Source: Deltaproteobacteria bacterium
GTDB taxonomy: Bacteria > Desulfobacterota > Deferrimicrobia > Deferrimicrobiales > Deferrimicrobiaceae
NCBI GenBank assembly: GCA_016234845.1
Contig: JACRNP010000029.1
Span: 1 to 59,324, forward strand
Direction of reading: 5' to 3'
DNA: 59,324 nucleotides
The position numbers and the translations under genes are program-made. Below are positions 1 to 14,908 of this stretch, piece by piece. Positions within the stretch are counted from its first letter, which is position 1. Each line of letters opens with the position of its first letter. The notes under the pieces are model-generated. The model was not told the origin of the DNA. It saw nothing but the letters and a program-made list of their open reading frames with translations, and did not search any database.

Positions 1-459
1 GTGGCGTACAGCAAGAGCGAGGCGAAGATCACGGTAGTGAAGGTCCCCGACAAGCCTGGGATCGCCGCGAAGATCTTCAAGCCGCTGTCCGAGGCGAACG
101 TCGTGGTCGACGTCATCGTCCAGAACGTGTCGGTCACCGGGTTCACCGACCTGACCTTCACGGTCGGCCGCACCGACTACAAGAAGGCGATGAAGATCAC
201 GGAAAAGGTGGCCCGGGAGGTCGGTGCGGAAAAGGTCGTCGGCGACGACAAGATCGCCAAGGTGTCCATCGTCGGGATGGCGATGCGTTCCCATTCGGGA
301 GTCGCCACCAAGGTGTTCGAGACGCTGGCGGGCGACGGGATCAACATCCTCGGGATCACCACTTCCGAGATCAAGATCTCCGTTCTGATCGAGGAGAAGT
401 ACACGGAGCTCGCGGTCCGCGTGCTCCACGGAGCGTTCGAGCTGGGGAAACCGGCCTGA
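1..459 (+). CDS. lysC: Aspartate kinase, C-terminal ACT domains (5' truncated by window)
   Basis: [12 protein letters not shown]...VDVIVQN and [16 protein letters not shown]...[12 protein letters not shown] are the two ACT domains of aspartokinase. Confidence 0.92.
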   Translation: MAYSKSEAKITVVKVPDKPGIAAKIFKPLSEANVVVDVIVQNVSVTGFTDLTFTVGRTDYKKAMKITEKVAREVGAEKVVGDDKIAKVSIVGMAMRSHSGVATKVFETLAGDGINILGITTSEIKISVLIEEKYTELAVRVLHGAFELGKPA

Positions 460-505
460 AAGCGCCGCATCTATAAAGGGAAACGGAAAGCCACCGGGGA
501 GCCAA

Positions 506-2095
506 ATGAAAAAGGTGCAGCTGTACGACACGACGCTACGGGACGGGACGCAGTCGCAGGAGGTGTCCCTGTCGGTCCTCGACAAGCTGAAGGTCGCCGA
601 GAAGCTCGACGAGTTCGGCATCCACTACATCGAGGGCGGGTACCCCGGCAGCAATCCCAAGGACAAGGAGTTCTTCGAGCTTGCCCGGAAGATCCGGTGG
701 AAGAACTCGGTCATGTGCGCGTTCGGGATGACCCGGCGGGTCGGCAAGAAGGTGGAAGAGGATTCGATGATCCGGGTGATCCTCGCCGCCGGCACCCCGG
801 TGGTCACGGTGGTGGGAAAATCGTGGGACTTCCACGTGATCGAGGCGCTCCGCACGACGCTCGACGAGAACCTCCACGCGGTGAAGGAGACGATCGCGTA
901 CCTGAAGCGCCACGCGGGGACGGTGTTCTTCGACGCGGAGCACTTCTTCGACGGGTACAAGAACAACCCGAAATACACGATGAAGGTGCTGTCGGCGGCG
1001 GCCGACGCGGGCGCCGACTGCCTGGTGCTGTGCGACACCAACGGCGGATCGATGCCTTCGGAGGTGGCGCAGATCGTCCGGGAGGTGCGCAAGGCGACCC
1101 GGATCCCGATCGGTATCCACACGCACAACGACGGCGAGATGGCGGTCGCCAACACCCTGGCGGCGGTGGAGCAGGGGGCCACCCAGGTGCAGGGGACGAT
1201 CAACGGGTACGGCGAGCGGTGCGGGAACGCGAACCTTTGCTCGATCATCCCGGCGCTCCAGCTCAAGATGGGCCAGGAGGTGCTCCCCAAGGGGCAGATG
1301 AAGAAGCTCTACACCCTTTCCCGGTTCGTCGCCGAGGCGGCCAACATGAAGCACTGGCTGCACCAGCCGTACGTGGGGGACGCCGCGTTCGCCCACAAGG
1401 GCGGGATGCACGTGTCCGCGATCCGCAGGCATCCGAAGACGTACGAGCACCTCGAGCCGGAAGTCGTGGGAAACCGGCGCCATGTGCTGATCTCCGACCT
1501 GGCGGGGCGCAGCAACATCCTCTCCAAGATCCAGGAGCGGGGTCTCAAATTCAACACGAAGGACCCCAACACGGAAAAGATCCTGGACGAGATCAAGGAG
1601 CTCGAGCACAAGGGATACCAGTTCGAGGGGGCCGACGCCTCCTTCGAGCTCCTCGCGCGAAGGGCGCTCGGCGAGCACGAACCGTTTTTCGAACTGAAAG
1701 GGTTCCGGGTGATCGACGAAAAGCGGTCCGAGGGGGAGGCCCCGATCGCCGAGGCCACGATCATGATCGCGGTCGACGGGAAGGTCGAGCACACCGCGGC
1801 GCTGGGGAACGGCCCCGTGAACGCCATGGACAACGCCCTGCGGAAGGCGCTCGAGAAGTTCTATCCGGAAGTTTCCGAAGTCCGGCTTCTGGACTACAAG
1901 GTCCGCGTCATCCAGCAGACCGGGACCGGCTCCTCGGTACGCGTCTTGATACAGTCCGGGGACAAGGAGTCGAACTGGGGGACCGTCGGCGTCTCGCACA
2001 ACATCATCGAGGCGTCGTGGCAAGCCCTGGTCGACAGCATCCGGTTCAAGCTCTGGAGGACGCGGCGTGGCCAACCGGGGGAATCCGGGTCGTAG
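506..2095 (+). CDS. cimA: Citramalate synthase (LeuA/CimA family)
   Basis: YDTTLRDGTQ, HTHND, GYGERCGN motifs; 529 aa with LeuA allosteric domain; follows lysC. Confidence 0.88.
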   Translation: MKKVQLYDTTLRDGTQSQEVSLSVLDKLKVAEKLDEFGIHYIEGGYPGSNPKDKEFFELARKIRWKNSVMCAFGMTRRVGKKVEEDSMIRVILAAGTPVVTVVGKSWDFHVIEALRTTLDENLHAVKETIAYLKRHAGTVFFDAEHFFDGYKNNPKYTMKVLSAAADAGADCLVLCDTNGGSMPSEVAQIVREVRKATRIPIGIHTHNDGEMAVANTLAAVEQGATQVQGTINGYGERCGNANLCSIIPALQLKMGQEVLPKGQMKKLYTLSRFVAEAANMKHWLHQPYVGDAAFAHKGGMHVSAIRRHPKTYEHLEPEVVGNRRHVLISDLAGRSNILSKIQERGLKFNTKDPNTEKILDEIKELEHKGYQFEGADASFELLARRALGEHEPFFELKGFRVIDEKRSEGEAPIAEATIMIAVDGKVEHTAALGNGPVNAMDNALRKALEKFYPEVSEVRLLDYKVRVIQQTGTGSSVRVLIQSGDKESNWGTVGVSHNIIEASWQALVDSIRFKLWRTRRGQPGESGS

Positions 2096-2504
2096 CTGGC
2101 TGCTGATTTCCACGATTCTGCTGGTCTGGAATGTCGGGTCCTCCGCCCGGCAGCTCTGGAGTTCCGCTCCATTCCTCAATTCGTCCTCGCCGTATGCGAT
2201 CGGAGGCATTTCCGGCGGGAATGTGTCTCTGCTCCCCGCATCCGACAACGTCAGCGCCCGATTGGGCCCTCTCTCCTTGCGTCAAAAATATCTCTTAGGA
2301 AAACGGATAGATATAAACGTGGCGACTATTGAGGAGATTTCGGAGTTGCCGGGGATCTCCGACGTCGCAGCCAGGGAGCTGGTGGAGGAAAGGAGGCGGA
2401 TCGGGAGGTTCCGGTCCCCCGAGGAGCTGCTGGCGGTCCGTGGAATCAAGGAGAAACGGCTGAAGAAAATCCTTCCATTTCTGACCGGATTGCCGAATAA
2501 TTGA
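2067..2504 (+). CDS. ComEA-family helix-hairpin-helix DNA-binding protein with N-terminal hydrophobic segment
   Basis: IDINVATIEEISELPGIS...R.IGRFRSPEELLAVRGIKEK HhH pattern. Confidence 0.8.
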   Translation: MANRGNPGRSWLLISTILLVWNVGSSARQLWSSAPFLNSSSPYAIGGISGGNVSLLPASDNVSARLGPLSLRQKYLLGKRIDINVATIEEISELPGISDVAARELVEERRRIGRFRSPEELLAVRGIKEKRLKKILPFLTGLPNN

Positions 2505-2522
2505 CCGGTATTGTCTTATAAT
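2497..2522 (+). promoter_or_regulatory. Perfect -10 box (TATAAT 2517-2522) overlapping an IscR type-1-like operator (GAC-N7-GTC core)
   Basis: ATAATTGACCGGTATTGTCTTATAA matches 16/25 of the IscR type-1 consensus; lies upstream of cysE-rrf2-iscS. Confidence 0.45.
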
Positions 2523-2545
2523 CGTTCCATAAGAAGGGGGCAAGG

Positions 2546-3226
2546 ATGTTCGAGCGGATCCGAAACGACATCAAGGTCATCTTCGAGCGGGACCCGGCGG
2601 CGCGCAGCGTGCTGGAGATCTTCCTCTGCTATCCGGGGTTCCACGCCGTGCGCTTCCACACGCTGGCCCACTGGCTCTGGAAGAAGGACGTGAAGGTCCT
2701 CGCCCGCTTCGTTTCCCACATCGGCCGTTCCGTGACCGGGATCGAGATCCACCCGGGAGCGACCATCGGGGAAGGGTTCTTCATCGACCACGGGATGGGG
2801 GTGGTGATCGGGGAGACCTCCGAGATCGGCAGGAACGTGACCCTCTACCACGGGGTGACCCTGGGGGGAACGAGCTGGAACAAGGGGAAGCGGCACCCGA
2901 CCATCGGCGACAACGTGATCGTCGGCGCGGGCGCCTCCATCCTGGGGAACATCCGCATCGGGGAGAATTCGAAGATCGGGTCGGGGTCGGTGGTGAACCG
3001 GGAGGTCCCGCCGAATTCCACCGTCGTGGGGATTCCGGGCCGGATCGTCTACCGGGAAGGGAACGTCTACAACGATCCCACCGGCGTGGCCGGGACGCCC
3101 GATCCGGAGGGAAAGGCGATCCAGTGCCTGACCGAGCAGATCCAGGCGCTGGAGAAGAAGGTGGAGGAACTTTCGAAGGAGCGGGGGGAGGCGAAGGAAC
3201 GAACGGCGGAGAGGTCGGCGTCGTGA
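2546..3226 (+). CDS. cysE: Serine O-acetyltransferase
   Basis: [41 protein letters not shown] hexapeptide repeats. Confidence 0.95.
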   Translation: MFERIRNDIKVIFERDPAARSVLEIFLCYPGFHAVRFHTLAHWLWKKDVKVLARFVSHIGRSVTGIEIHPGATIGEGFFIDHGMGVVIGETSEIGRNVTLYHGVTLGGTSWNKGKRHPTIGDNVIVGAGASILGNIRIGENSKIGSGSVVNREVPPNSTVVGIPGRIVYREGNVYNDPTGVAGTPDPEGKAIQCLTEQIQALEKKVEELSKERGEAKERTAERSAS

Positions 3227-3654
3227 AGATCACCTCGCGGGGAAGGTACGCGGTGATGGCGCTGGTGTCGCTGGCGTCGGCGTCCCGCGGGAACCCGGTT
3301 CCGATCCAGGCGATCGCGAAGCGGGAGGCGATCCCGGAGCCTTACCTGCAGCAGTTATTCCTGCGCCTGCGGAAGAAGAACATCGTGAAAAGCGTTCGCG
3401 GCCCCGGCGGCGGCTTCATCCTCGCGAGGCACCCGTCCGAGATTACGGTGGGGGAGATCATCCGGACGGCGGAGGGGAAGCCGGCCCGGGTCGGGTGCCG
3501 ACAGCCCGGGCGCCGGTGCGACATGATCGAGAAGTGCCGCACCCAGGGGATGTGGGACGCGCTCGAGGGGAGGATCGAGGAGTTCCTCGACTCGATGTCG
3601 GTGGAGGATTTGTTCGAAGGCAGGGGAGAACCGCGCCAGGGGGTGGGGGCGTGA
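3223..3654 (+). CDS. Rrf2-family transcriptional regulator (IscR-like, three Cys)
   Basis: [30 protein letters not shown]; GTG start overlaps cysE stop (GTGA). Confidence 0.9.
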   Translation: MKITSRGRYAVMALVSLASASRGNPVPIQAIAKREAIPEPYLQQLFLRLRKKNIVKSVRGPGGGFILARHPSEITVGEIIRTAEGKPARVGCRQPGRRCDMIEKCRTQGMWDALEGRIEEFLDSMSVEDLFEGRGEPRQGVGA

Positions 3655-4829
3655 GGAAGGGCTACTTCGACCACAATGCGACCACCCCGGTCCACCCGGA
3701 AGTCGCCGATGCGGTCCAGCCGTTCCTCGGAGAGCTGTTCGGGAACCCGTCGAGCATCCATTGGGCGGGGAGGGACGTCCGCAAGGCGGTGGAGGACGCC
3801 CGGGCGGAGATCGCCGCGTTCTACGGCTGCCGTCCGCTGGAGATCGTCCTCACCAGCTCCGGGACCGAGTCCGATAACCTGGCGGTCAAGGGCGTGGCGT
3901 ACCGCGAGGGGAACGGGGGGAAGCACATCGTCACGTCGGCGGTGGAGCATCCCGCCATCATGAACACGTGCCGATTCCTCGAGACCCGGGGGTACCGCGT
4001 GACGTACGTGCCCGTGAACCGGCAGGGGATCGTGGAGCCCGACGCGGTGCGCGCCGCGATCGCGAAGGACACGATCCTCGTGTCGATCATGACGGCCAAC
4101 AACGAGACCGGGTGCCTGATGCCGATCCGGGAGATCGGAAGGATCGCGCGGGAGGCGGGCGTCCTGATGCACACCGACGCGGTGCAGGCCACCGGCAAGG
4201 TCCCGCTCTCCTGGGACGACCTCCCGGTGGACCTCCTCACCTTCTCGGGACACAAGATCAACGGGATCAAGGGGGCGGGGGGGCTGATCGTCCGCAAGGG
4301 AGTGGAAATCGCCGCCGCGATCCACGGCGGGCACCAGGAACGCGGGCGCCGCGGGGGGACCGAGAACGTGGTCGGGACCGTGGCGATGGGGAAGGCGTTC
4401 TCCATCCTGCGGAGGGAGATGGACGCGGAAGCGGCGGAGGTGCGCCGCCTGCGCGACACGTTCGAGGCGGAGCTCTTCGCCCGGATCCCGGACCTTGTGC
4501 TGAACGGTCACCCCACGCTGCGGCTTCCCAACACCGTCAACCTGTCGTTCCGGTTCGTGGAAGGGGAGGCGCTGCTGCTGAACCTCGACATGCTGGGAAT
4601 CGCCTGCTCCTCCGGCTCCGCGTGCACTTCCGGGTCGCTGGAGGCGTCCCCCATCCTGATGGCGATGGGAGCCGACCCGACCGACGCGCAGGGCGCGCTG
4701 CGCTTCTCGCTCGGCCGGGGGAACACGGACGACGACGTGGCGTACGCGGTGGACGCCATCGAACAGGTGGTCGGCAAATTGCGGGCGATGTCCCCGCTGT
4801 ACCACCCCCGCGAAGCGAGGGCGCGATGA
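3651..4829 (+). CDS. iscS: Cysteine desulfurase (IscS/NifS family)
   Basis: [23 protein letters not shown] (PLP Lys), SSGSACTSG (catalytic Cys); GTGA overlap start. Confidence 0.93.
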   Translation: MRKGYFDHNATTPVHPEVADAVQPFLGELFGNPSSIHWAGRDVRKAVEDARAEIAAFYGCRPLEIVLTSSGTESDNLAVKGVAYREGNGGKHIVTSAVEHPAIMNTCRFLETRGYRVTYVPVNRQGIVEPDAVRAAIAKDTILVSIMTANNETGCLMPIREIGRIAREAGVLMHTDAVQATGKVPLSWDDLPVDLLTFSGHKINGIKGAGGLIVRKGVEIAAAIHGGHQERGRRGGTENVVGTVAMGKAFSILRREMDAEAAEVRRLRDTFEAELFARIPDLVLNGHPTLRLPNTVNLSFRFVEGEALLLNLDMLGIACSSGSACTSGSLEASPILMAMGADPTDAQGALRFSLGRGNTDDDVAYAVDAIEQVVGKLRAMSPLYHPREARAR

Positions 4830-5914
4830 GCAAGCGGCGGATCCTCGCGGCGCTGAGCGGGGGGGTCGACTCCTCGGTGGCGGCGCTGCTCCTGCAACGG
4901 GAAGGGTGGGAGGTCGTCGGGGTGTCGATGGACCTCTACGACTATTCGGCGGTCACACGGGACCGGGAGGGGTCGTGCTGCTCGCTCGACGACCTCTACG
5001 ACGCGCGGCGGGTGTGCGACATCCTCGGAATTCCGTATTACGTCCTGAACCTCCGGGAGGAGTTCCGGCGGGAAGTGATCGACCCGTTCGTCCACGAATA
5101 CTCCGCCGGGCGGACCCCCAACCCGTGCATCCTCTGCAACGAGCATCTGAAATTCCGCGCGCTCCTGCGGAAGGCGGACGAGCTGGGCGCGGAAGGGGTG
5201 GCCACGGGGCACTACGCCGTGATCCGCCGGGAGGCGGACGGTCGCGGCCGCCTGTTCGCGGCCCCGGACGCGTCGAAGGACCAGTCGTACTTCCTCTTCT
5301 CCCTCGACAGCGCGCGGCTGGGGAGGATCCGGTTCCCGGTCGGCGAGATGCCGAAGGAGGACGTCCGCCGGCTCGCCCGCGGCGCAGGCCTCCCGGTCTA
5401 CGAGAAACGGGAGAGCCAGGACATCTGCTTCGTCACCGACGACTCGTACGCGAAGTTCCTCGAGACCAAGGGGATCCGGGAGGATCAGGGGCGGTTCGTG
5501 GACCGGGAGGGGAACTTCCTGGGGAACCACAAGGGGGTGCTCCACTACACGGTGGGCCAGCGCAAGGGGCTCGGGATCGCCGCCCGGGAGCCGCTCTTCG
5601 TGGTCGCGATCGACGCGGAGCGCAACGAGGTGGTCCTGGGTACGGAGAACGACACGTTTTCCGTCGGGGCCACGGTCGCGTGCCCCACGTTCGTGGCGGG
5701 AGCGCCCCCTTCGGCGGAGTTCCGCGCGACGGCGAAGATCCGGTACCGTCACCCCGGGGCGCCGTGCGCGGTCCGCGTCGCCGGGGATCGCGTCGAGGTG
5801 CGGTTCGACGTCCCGCAACGCAGCGTGACCCCGGGCCAGGCGCTGGTCCTCTACGAGGGAAACGAGGTGCTGGGAGGCGGCTGGATCGAATGCGCGGACG
5901 CCTCGCGGTCGTAA
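4826..5914 (+). CDS. mnmA: tRNA 2-thiouridine(34) synthase
   Basis: SGGVDSS PP-loop, [38 protein letters not shown]. Confidence 0.95.
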   Translation: MSKRRILAALSGGVDSSVAALLLQREGWEVVGVSMDLYDYSAVTRDREGSCCSLDDLYDARRVCDILGIPYYVLNLREEFRREVIDPFVHEYSAGRTPNPCILCNEHLKFRALLRKADELGAEGVATGHYAVIRREADGRGRLFAAPDASKDQSYFLFSLDSARLGRIRFPVGEMPKEDVRRLARGAGLPVYEKRESQDICFVTDDSYAKFLETKGIREDQGRFVDREGNFLGNHKGVLHYTVGQRKGLGIAAREPLFVVAIDAERNEVVLGTENDTFSVGATVACPTFVAGAPPSAEFRATAKIRYRHPGAPCAVRVAGDRVEVRFDVPQRSVTPGQALVLYEGNEVLGGGWIECADASRS

Positions 5915-7188
5915 CCGTCGGCTGCAAGGCGAATTTCGCCGACTCCGCGGGAATCGTGGCGCGAGCCGCCCGCGCCGGGTTCCACGTCGTCCCCCAAGGG
6001 GAGCCGGCCGACGTCCTGGTCGTCAACAGCTGCACCGTCACCCACAAGGCGGACCGCGATTCGCGCGCGCTGGCGCGGCGGCTCCGGCGCGAGAATCCGG
6101 GCGCCGTACTCGTCATGACCGGATGCTACGCCGAAGTCTCCCCCGCGGCCCGGGGCTCCCTCCCGGAGGTCGATCACTGGATCGGGATCGGCGACCCCGA
6201 GGCGCTCTCCGGAATCCTCCGTTCGATCGCGGGCGTGCAGGCTCCGGTCGGCGAGGAACCGACCGAGCACGCGGCGGGGAAGCTGCTGGGGCGGACCCGG
6301 ACGTTCCTGAAGGTCCAGGACGGGTGCGACGCGCACTGCGCCTACTGCGTGGTTCCGGCGGCCCGCGGGAGAAGCCAGTCGGTCCCGTTGAAGGATATCG
6401 TGGAGCGCGCGGTCCGCGCCGAGTCGGAGGGTGCGCGGGAGCTGGTGCTGACCGGGATCCACGTCGGACGGTACGGCCACGACCGGGGAGAGCGGGAAGG
6501 GCTTGCGGGGCTGCTCCGGGCGCTGCTTTCGGCGACGACGGCGTGCCGGTTCCGGCTGGGATCGGTGGAGCCGGAGGAGGCGACGTCGACCCTGGCCGGG
6601 CTGCTGGCGGAAGGCGGCCGGATCTGTCCCCACCTGCACGTTCCGCTGCAGAGCGGTTCCGACCGCGTGCTCCGGCGGATGCGCCGGCCGTATACCGCCG
6701 GCCGATATCGTGAGAGACTGCACATGCTCTCGTCGGCCGTTCCGGGTTTGCGACTCGGGGCCGACGTGATCGCGGGATTCCCGGGCGAGACGGACGTCGA
6801 TTTCGGGGAAACGGTGGAGCTGCTCCGCGGCTCTCCCCTGAGCTACCTCCACGCGTTCAGCTACTCCTCCCGCGCCGGCACCGAGAGCGCGGGGTGGGCG
6901 GACGACGTACCGCCATCGGAGAAGAAGCGGCGGACCGCCCGGCTCCGGGAGATCGATTCGACGATGCGAAAAAAGTACCTGGAGACGCAGTTGGGGAGGA
7001 CCGTTCGGGTGATCGCCGAGACGCGAGGGACGGCCCCGGGGGAGTTCCGCGGGACATCGGAGAATTACGCCGAGGTGTCGTTCCGGGGGGAAGCCGTGAG
7101 AACGGGCGACCTGGTCCCGGTTTCCGTGGAGTCCGTCCACGGATTCACCCTTTTCGGGAAGGTGGTGACGGAACTTGGGCCGCGCTGA
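5890..7188 (+). CDS. mtaB: tRNA t6A37 methylthiotransferase (radical SAM)
   Basis: [53 protein letters not shown]. Confidence 0.88.
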   Translation: MRGRLAVVTVGCKANFADSAGIVARAARAGFHVVPQGEPADVLVVNSCTVTHKADRDSRALARRLRRENPGAVLVMTGCYAEVSPAARGSLPEVDHWIGIGDPEALSGILRSIAGVQAPVGEEPTEHAAGKLLGRTRTFLKVQDGCDAHCAYCVVPAARGRSQSVPLKDIVERAVRAESEGARELVLTGIHVGRYGHDRGEREGLAGLLRALLSATTACRFRLGSVEPEEATSTLAGLLAEGGRICPHLHVPLQSGSDRVLRRMRRPYTAGRYRERLHMLSSAVPGLRLGADVIAGFPGETDVDFGETVELLRGSPLSYLHAFSYSSRAGTESAGWADDVPPSEKKRRTARLREIDSTMRKKYLETQLGRTVRVIAETRGTAPGEFRGTSENYAEVSFRGEAVRTGDLVPVSVESVHGFTLFGKVVTELGPR

Positions 7189-7864
7189 CGATATCGGCGG
7201 ATACCGGTTCGGTTCCCCGGAGCTGCTCGAGGAGGCGCTGCGGCACGGATCCGCCCACGTGAAAGGGGAGGAGAAGCGTTCGTACGAGCGGCTGGAGTTC
7301 CTGGGGGACGCCGTGCTGAACCTTTGCGTCGCCGAGGAGATGTACCGGACGCTGCCGGTGGCGGGGGAGGGGGTCCTGACCAGGGCGCGCGCCGCCGTCA
7401 TCAACAACCGGAACCTGTTGAAGGTGGGGGAGCGGATCGGCGTCCCCGCACTGCTGGCGACCGACCCGTCCGTCCGGAAAAAAGGGGGCGGCGTGACGCG
7501 GAAGATGACGGCGGACGCGGTCGAGGCGATCGTCGGGGCGATCTTCGTGGACGCGGGCTTCGACGCGGCGCGCGACTTCGTGCTGCGGCACTTCCGGGTT
7601 CCCGATTTCCTCGGTCAGCTCGTCTCCGGCTTCGACGCCAAATCCCGCCTCCAGGAGCGGTGCCAGGGGCACGGCGAGGCGCTGCCGGAATACAGGCTCC
7701 TCTCGACCGAGGGTCCGGATCACGAAAGGACGTTCGAAGTCGAGGTGCGGCTTCCCGGGCGTGCGCCGTCCCGCGGAAAGGGGAGGACGAAGAAGGAGGC
7801 GGAAATGGCGGCGGCCGCCAAAGCGCTCTCCCTCCTCGACGGTCCGGAAGCGGAAACCGCATGA
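7175..7864 (+). CDS. rnc: Ribonuclease III
   Basis: ERLEFLGDAVL signature, DAVEAIVGA, C-terminal dsRBD. Confidence 0.95.
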   Translation: MGRADDIGGYRFGSPELLEEALRHGSAHVKGEEKRSYERLEFLGDAVLNLCVAEEMYRTLPVAGEGVLTRARAAVINNRNLLKVGERIGVPALLATDPSVRKKGGGVTRKMTADAVEAIVGAIFVDAGFDAARDFVLRHFRVPDFLGQLVSGFDAKSRLQERCQGHGEALPEYRLLSTEGPDHERTFEVEVRLPGRAPSRGKGRTKKEAEMAAAAKALSLLDGPEAETA

Positions 7865-8757
7865 AGCGAAAGTCCGGGTTCGTCGCCCTCCTCGGTCGCC
7901 CCAACGTCGGAAAGTCCACGCTCATGAACCGCATCCTCGGGCGGAAGATCGCCATCGTCACCCCGAAGCCGCAGACCACTCGGGACCGGATCGCCGGGAT
8001 CCACACGGAAGGGCGAGGGCAGATCGTCTTTCTGGACAGCCCCGGGATCCACCGTCCCACGAGGGCGCTCAACTCGCACATGGTGCGGACGGCGCAGCGG
8101 ATCGGAGAGGAGTCCGACCTCGTCGCGCATCTGGTCGACGACCGCCCCATCGGCAGGGGGGGGGAGGACGGGCTTGTCCGCGGGATCCTGTCGAACCTTG
8201 CCGTACCGAGGATCCTCGTCGTGAACAAGGCCGACCGGATGGGCGCTGGGCGCGCCGAGGCGCTTCGGCTGGAATTGACGCGCGACGGATTCTACGCGGC
8301 GTCGTTCGCCGTTTCGGCCGCGAAGGGGACCGGTGTGGAAGCGCTCCTGTCCGCGCTCTTCGCGCGGCTGCCGGAAGGGCCGGCCTACTACCCGGAGGAC
8401 GACCTGACGGACCTCCCGATGCGGTTCATCGCCAAGGAGGTGATCCGGGAGAAGCTGTTCGGGCAGCTGGACGACGAGATCCCGTACAGCGTCGCGGTCC
8501 GGATCGAGGAGTACAAGGAAGAGCCGGAAAAGGACCTCGTGCGGATCCGCGCGGAAGTGTGCGTGGAGCGGGAGTCGCAGAAGGGGATCGTGATCGGGAA
8601 GGGCGGGGCGAACCTGAAGAAGGCGGGAACCGCCGCCCGCGTCGAGCTGGAGAAAGAGATCGGCACGCGGGTATACTTGGAGCTGTTCGTGAAGGTGGAG
8701 CGGGAGTGGTCGCGGGACGAATCCATGCTGAGGCGGCTGGGATATGAGCCGGGGTGA
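7861..8757 (+). CDS. era: GTPase Era
   Basis: GRPNVGKSTL, TPKPQTTR, DSPG, NKAD, KH domain GIVIGKGG. Confidence 0.95.
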   Translation: MKRKSGFVALLGRPNVGKSTLMNRILGRKIAIVTPKPQTTRDRIAGIHTEGRGQIVFLDSPGIHRPTRALNSHMVRTAQRIGEESDLVAHLVDDRPIGRGGEDGLVRGILSNLAVPRILVVNKADRMGAGRAEALRLELTRDGFYAASFAVSAAKGTGVEALLSALFARLPEGPAYYPEDDLTDLPMRFIAKEVIREKLFGQLDDEIPYSVAVRIEEYKEEPEKDLVRIRAEVCVERESQKGIVIGKGGANLKKAGTAARVELEKEIGTRVYLELFVKVEREWSRDESMLRRLGYEPG

Positions 8758-10065
8758 GTTCACCGTCGCGCTGGTGGGGCGCCCGAACGTGGGGAAGTCC
8801 ACCCTCTTCAACCGGATCGCCGGGAGGCGGCGCGCCATCACCTTCGACCAGCCCGGAATCACCCGGGACCTGGTGGCGGAGCCGGTGGAGTGCGACGGCC
8901 GGCGGTTCCTGCTGATCGACACCGGCGGGTACGTCCCGGGAGGCGACGACGACCTCCTGCCGAAGATCCGCGGCCAGGTGCTCCGCGCCGTCTACGAATC
9001 CAACCTGGTCGTATTCCTCGTGGACGCGCGGGACGGCCTCCTCCCCCTGGACAAGGAGATCGCCGGCATGCTGCGGGAGCGGGAGAAGCCGTTCCTCCTC
9101 GCGGCGAACAAGGTCGACGCGAAGCAGGGCCGTGAGGGAATCTCCCAGTTCCACGCCCTGGCGATCGACGCGATCTACCCGGTCTCCGCCGAGCACGGCA
9201 CCGGAGTGTCCGAGCTGCTGGAGGAGGTGGTGGCCCGGATGCCGCCGAAAGGGTCCGGGGAGGAAACGGTATCCCGGGAGCCGGACGATGTTCCGCGGAT
9301 CGCGATCGTGGGCCGCCCGAACGTGGGAAAGTCGACCCTGGTGAACACGCTGGCCGGGTTCGACCGCGTCATCGCCTCGGAGCTGCCGGGCACCACGCGC
9401 GACGCGATCGACGTGATGGTCACCCGCGACGGGAAGCGGTACCTGCTGATCGACACGGCGGGGATCCGCGCCAAGCGGAAGACCGAGGACGTGATCGAGA
9501 AGTTCTCGGTCATCAAGAGCCTCGACTCCCTCAAGCGGTGCGACCTCGCGGTGCTGCTGATCGACGGACCCGAAGGGCTCTCCCACCAGGACCGGCAGAT
9601 CCTGCGCTACATTTTGAACGAGGAACGGGCGGTCGTCGTGGCGGCGAACAAGGCGGACCGGTGGGAGGGGGAGGAGGAACGGAGGAGGGCGATGCGGTCG
9701 ATCCAGGAAGGGCTCGAGTACGCCTCCTTCGCCGCCGTGGTCCCCACCGTGGCCACTACGGGAAAAGGGTTCCCCCTGCTGTTCCGCAAGATCGAGGAGG
9801 CGATCGCGAACTTCCGCACGCGCGTCCCCACCGGAATCCTGAACCGGATGGCCCAGACGTTCCTCTACTCGGTGCCGATCCCGTCGCAGCAGGGGAGGAA
9901 CCGCGCGTTCTACATGACCCAGGTGGGGGTGTCGCCCCCGTCCTTCGCCGTCTTCGTCAAGGAGCGCAAGGGGATCCCCGACTCCTTCACCCGCTACCTC
10001 CAGAACAGGATCCGGGAACGGTTCGGGTTCGAGGGATCGCCCGTCCGCGTCGTCTACCGGGAGCG

Positions 10066-10069
<4 letters not shown>
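8744..10069 (+). CDS. der: Ribosome biogenesis GTPase Der
   Basis: Two tandem GRPNVGKST G-domains with DTGG and DTAG. Confidence 0.95.
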
Positions 10070-13354
<3,285 letters not shown>

Positions 13355-13357
13355 ACA

Positions 13358-14908
13358 TTGGACGGGAAGATCCTCATCCTCGATTTCGGCTCGCAGTACA
13401 CGATGCTGATCGCCCGGCGCGTCCGGGAGCTGCGCGTCTACAGCGAGATCCACCCGTTCCACGTCGGAATCGACTTCATCCGGGCGTTCGGGCCTTCGGG
13501 GATCGTCCTCTCCGGCGGCCCGGCGAGCGTCTACGACGACGACGCCCCCCGCGTCTCCCGCGAAGTGCTGGATCTCGGCGTCCCCGTGCTCGGGATCTGC
13601 TACGGGATGCAGCTCGTGGCGGACCTGATGGGGGGGAAGGTCGGCCGGTCCGACGACCGGGAGTACGGGATCGCGAACATCCGCGGCCAGTGGGGCAGCC
13701 CGCTGTTCCTCGGAATCGAGGAGTTCCGGCACAACATGGAGATCCCGGTCTGGATGAGCCACGGCGACCGGATCGAGGAGCTTCCGATGGGGTTCTCCTC
13801 GATCGCCCGGTCCGGCAGCTCGCCCGTGGCCGCCATGTCCAACCACGAGGGGACGATCTTCGGGGTCCAGTTCCACCCGGAGGTCGTGCACACCCCGAAG
13901 GGAAAGGAGATCCTCTCGAACTTCCTCTTCCGCGTCTGCGGCCTCGAGCCGACCTGGACCATGCACTCCTTCGTGGAGACCAGCGTGCGGAAGATCCGGG
14001 AAACGGTGGGCGGCGCGGGCGTCGTGCTGGGGCTGTCGGGCGGCGTCGACTCCTCCGTCGCGGCGGTGCTCCTCCACAAGGCGATCGGCGACCGGCTCAC
14101 CTGCATCTTCGTGAACAACGGGGTGCTCCGGAAGGGCGAGGCGGAGGACGTGATCCACACGTTCCGCGACAGCATCGGGCTGCACCTCGAGTACGTGGAT
14201 GCCGAGAAGGCGTTCCTCGACGCGCTGGACGGCGTGGAGGACCCGGAGCGGAAGCGGAAGATCATCGGGGAGCTGTTCGTGCGCGTGTTCGAGGAGGCGT
14301 CCCGGAAGATCCCCGGCGTCGCTTTCCTCGGGCAGGGGACGCTCTACCCCGACGTGATCGAGAGCGTCTCCTTCAAGGGGCCGTCCGCGGTCATCAAGTC
14401 GCACCACAACGTCGGCGGCCTTCCCGAAAAGATGCACCTGAAGCTCATCGAACCGCTGCGCGAGCTGTTCAAGGACGAGGTGCGGGAGCTGGGCCGCGAG
14501 CTGGGGGTGCCGTCCCACGTGCTCGACCGGCAGCCGTTCCCGGGGCCCGGGCTCGCGGTCCGGATCCTCGGTCCGGTCTCCGGGGAGAGCCTGCGGATCC
14601 TGCGGGAGGCGGATGCGATCGTGATGGAGGAGATCCGGGCGGCCGGGCTGTACGAGTCGATCTGGCAGGCGTTCGCGGTTCTCCTCCCGGTGAAGACCGT
14701 GGGGGTCATGGGCGACTTCCGGACGTACGAGAACGTCGTGGCGGTGCGCGCCGTGCACAGCCAGGACGGGATGACCGCCGACTGGGTGCGGCTCCCGTAC
14801 GACGTCCTCCAGCGGATCTCCTCCCGGATCATCAACGAGGTGAAGGGGATCAACCGCGTCGCGTACGACATCTCGTCGAAGCCGCCGAGCACCATCGAGT
14901 GGGAATGA
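13358..14908 (+). CDS. guaA: GMP synthase (glutamine-hydrolysing)
   Basis: [44 protein letters not shown]. Confidence 0.97.
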   Translation: MDGKILILDFGSQYTMLIARRVRELRVYSEIHPFHVGIDFIRAFGPSGIVLSGGPASVYDDDAPRVSREVLDLGVPVLGICYGMQLVADLMGGKVGRSDDREYGIANIRGQWGSPLFLGIEEFRHNMEIPVWMSHGDRIEELPMGFSSIARSGSSPVAAMSNHEGTIFGVQFHPEVVHTPKGKEILSNFLFRVCGLEPTWTMHSFVETSVRKIRETVGGAGVVLGLSGGVDSSVAAVLLHKAIGDRLTCIFVNNGVLRKGEAEDVIHTFRDSIGLHLEYVDAEKAFLDALDGVEDPERKRKIIGELFVRVFEEASRKIPGVAFLGQGTLYPDVIESVSFKGPSAVIKSHHNVGGLPEKMHLKLIEPLRELFKDEVRELGRELGVPSHVLDRQPFPGPGLAVRILGPVSGESLRILREADAIVMEEIRAAGLYESIWQAFAVLLPVKTVGVMGDFRTYENVVAVRAVHSQDGMTADWVRLPYDVLQRISSRIINEVKGINRVAYDISSKPPSTIEWE

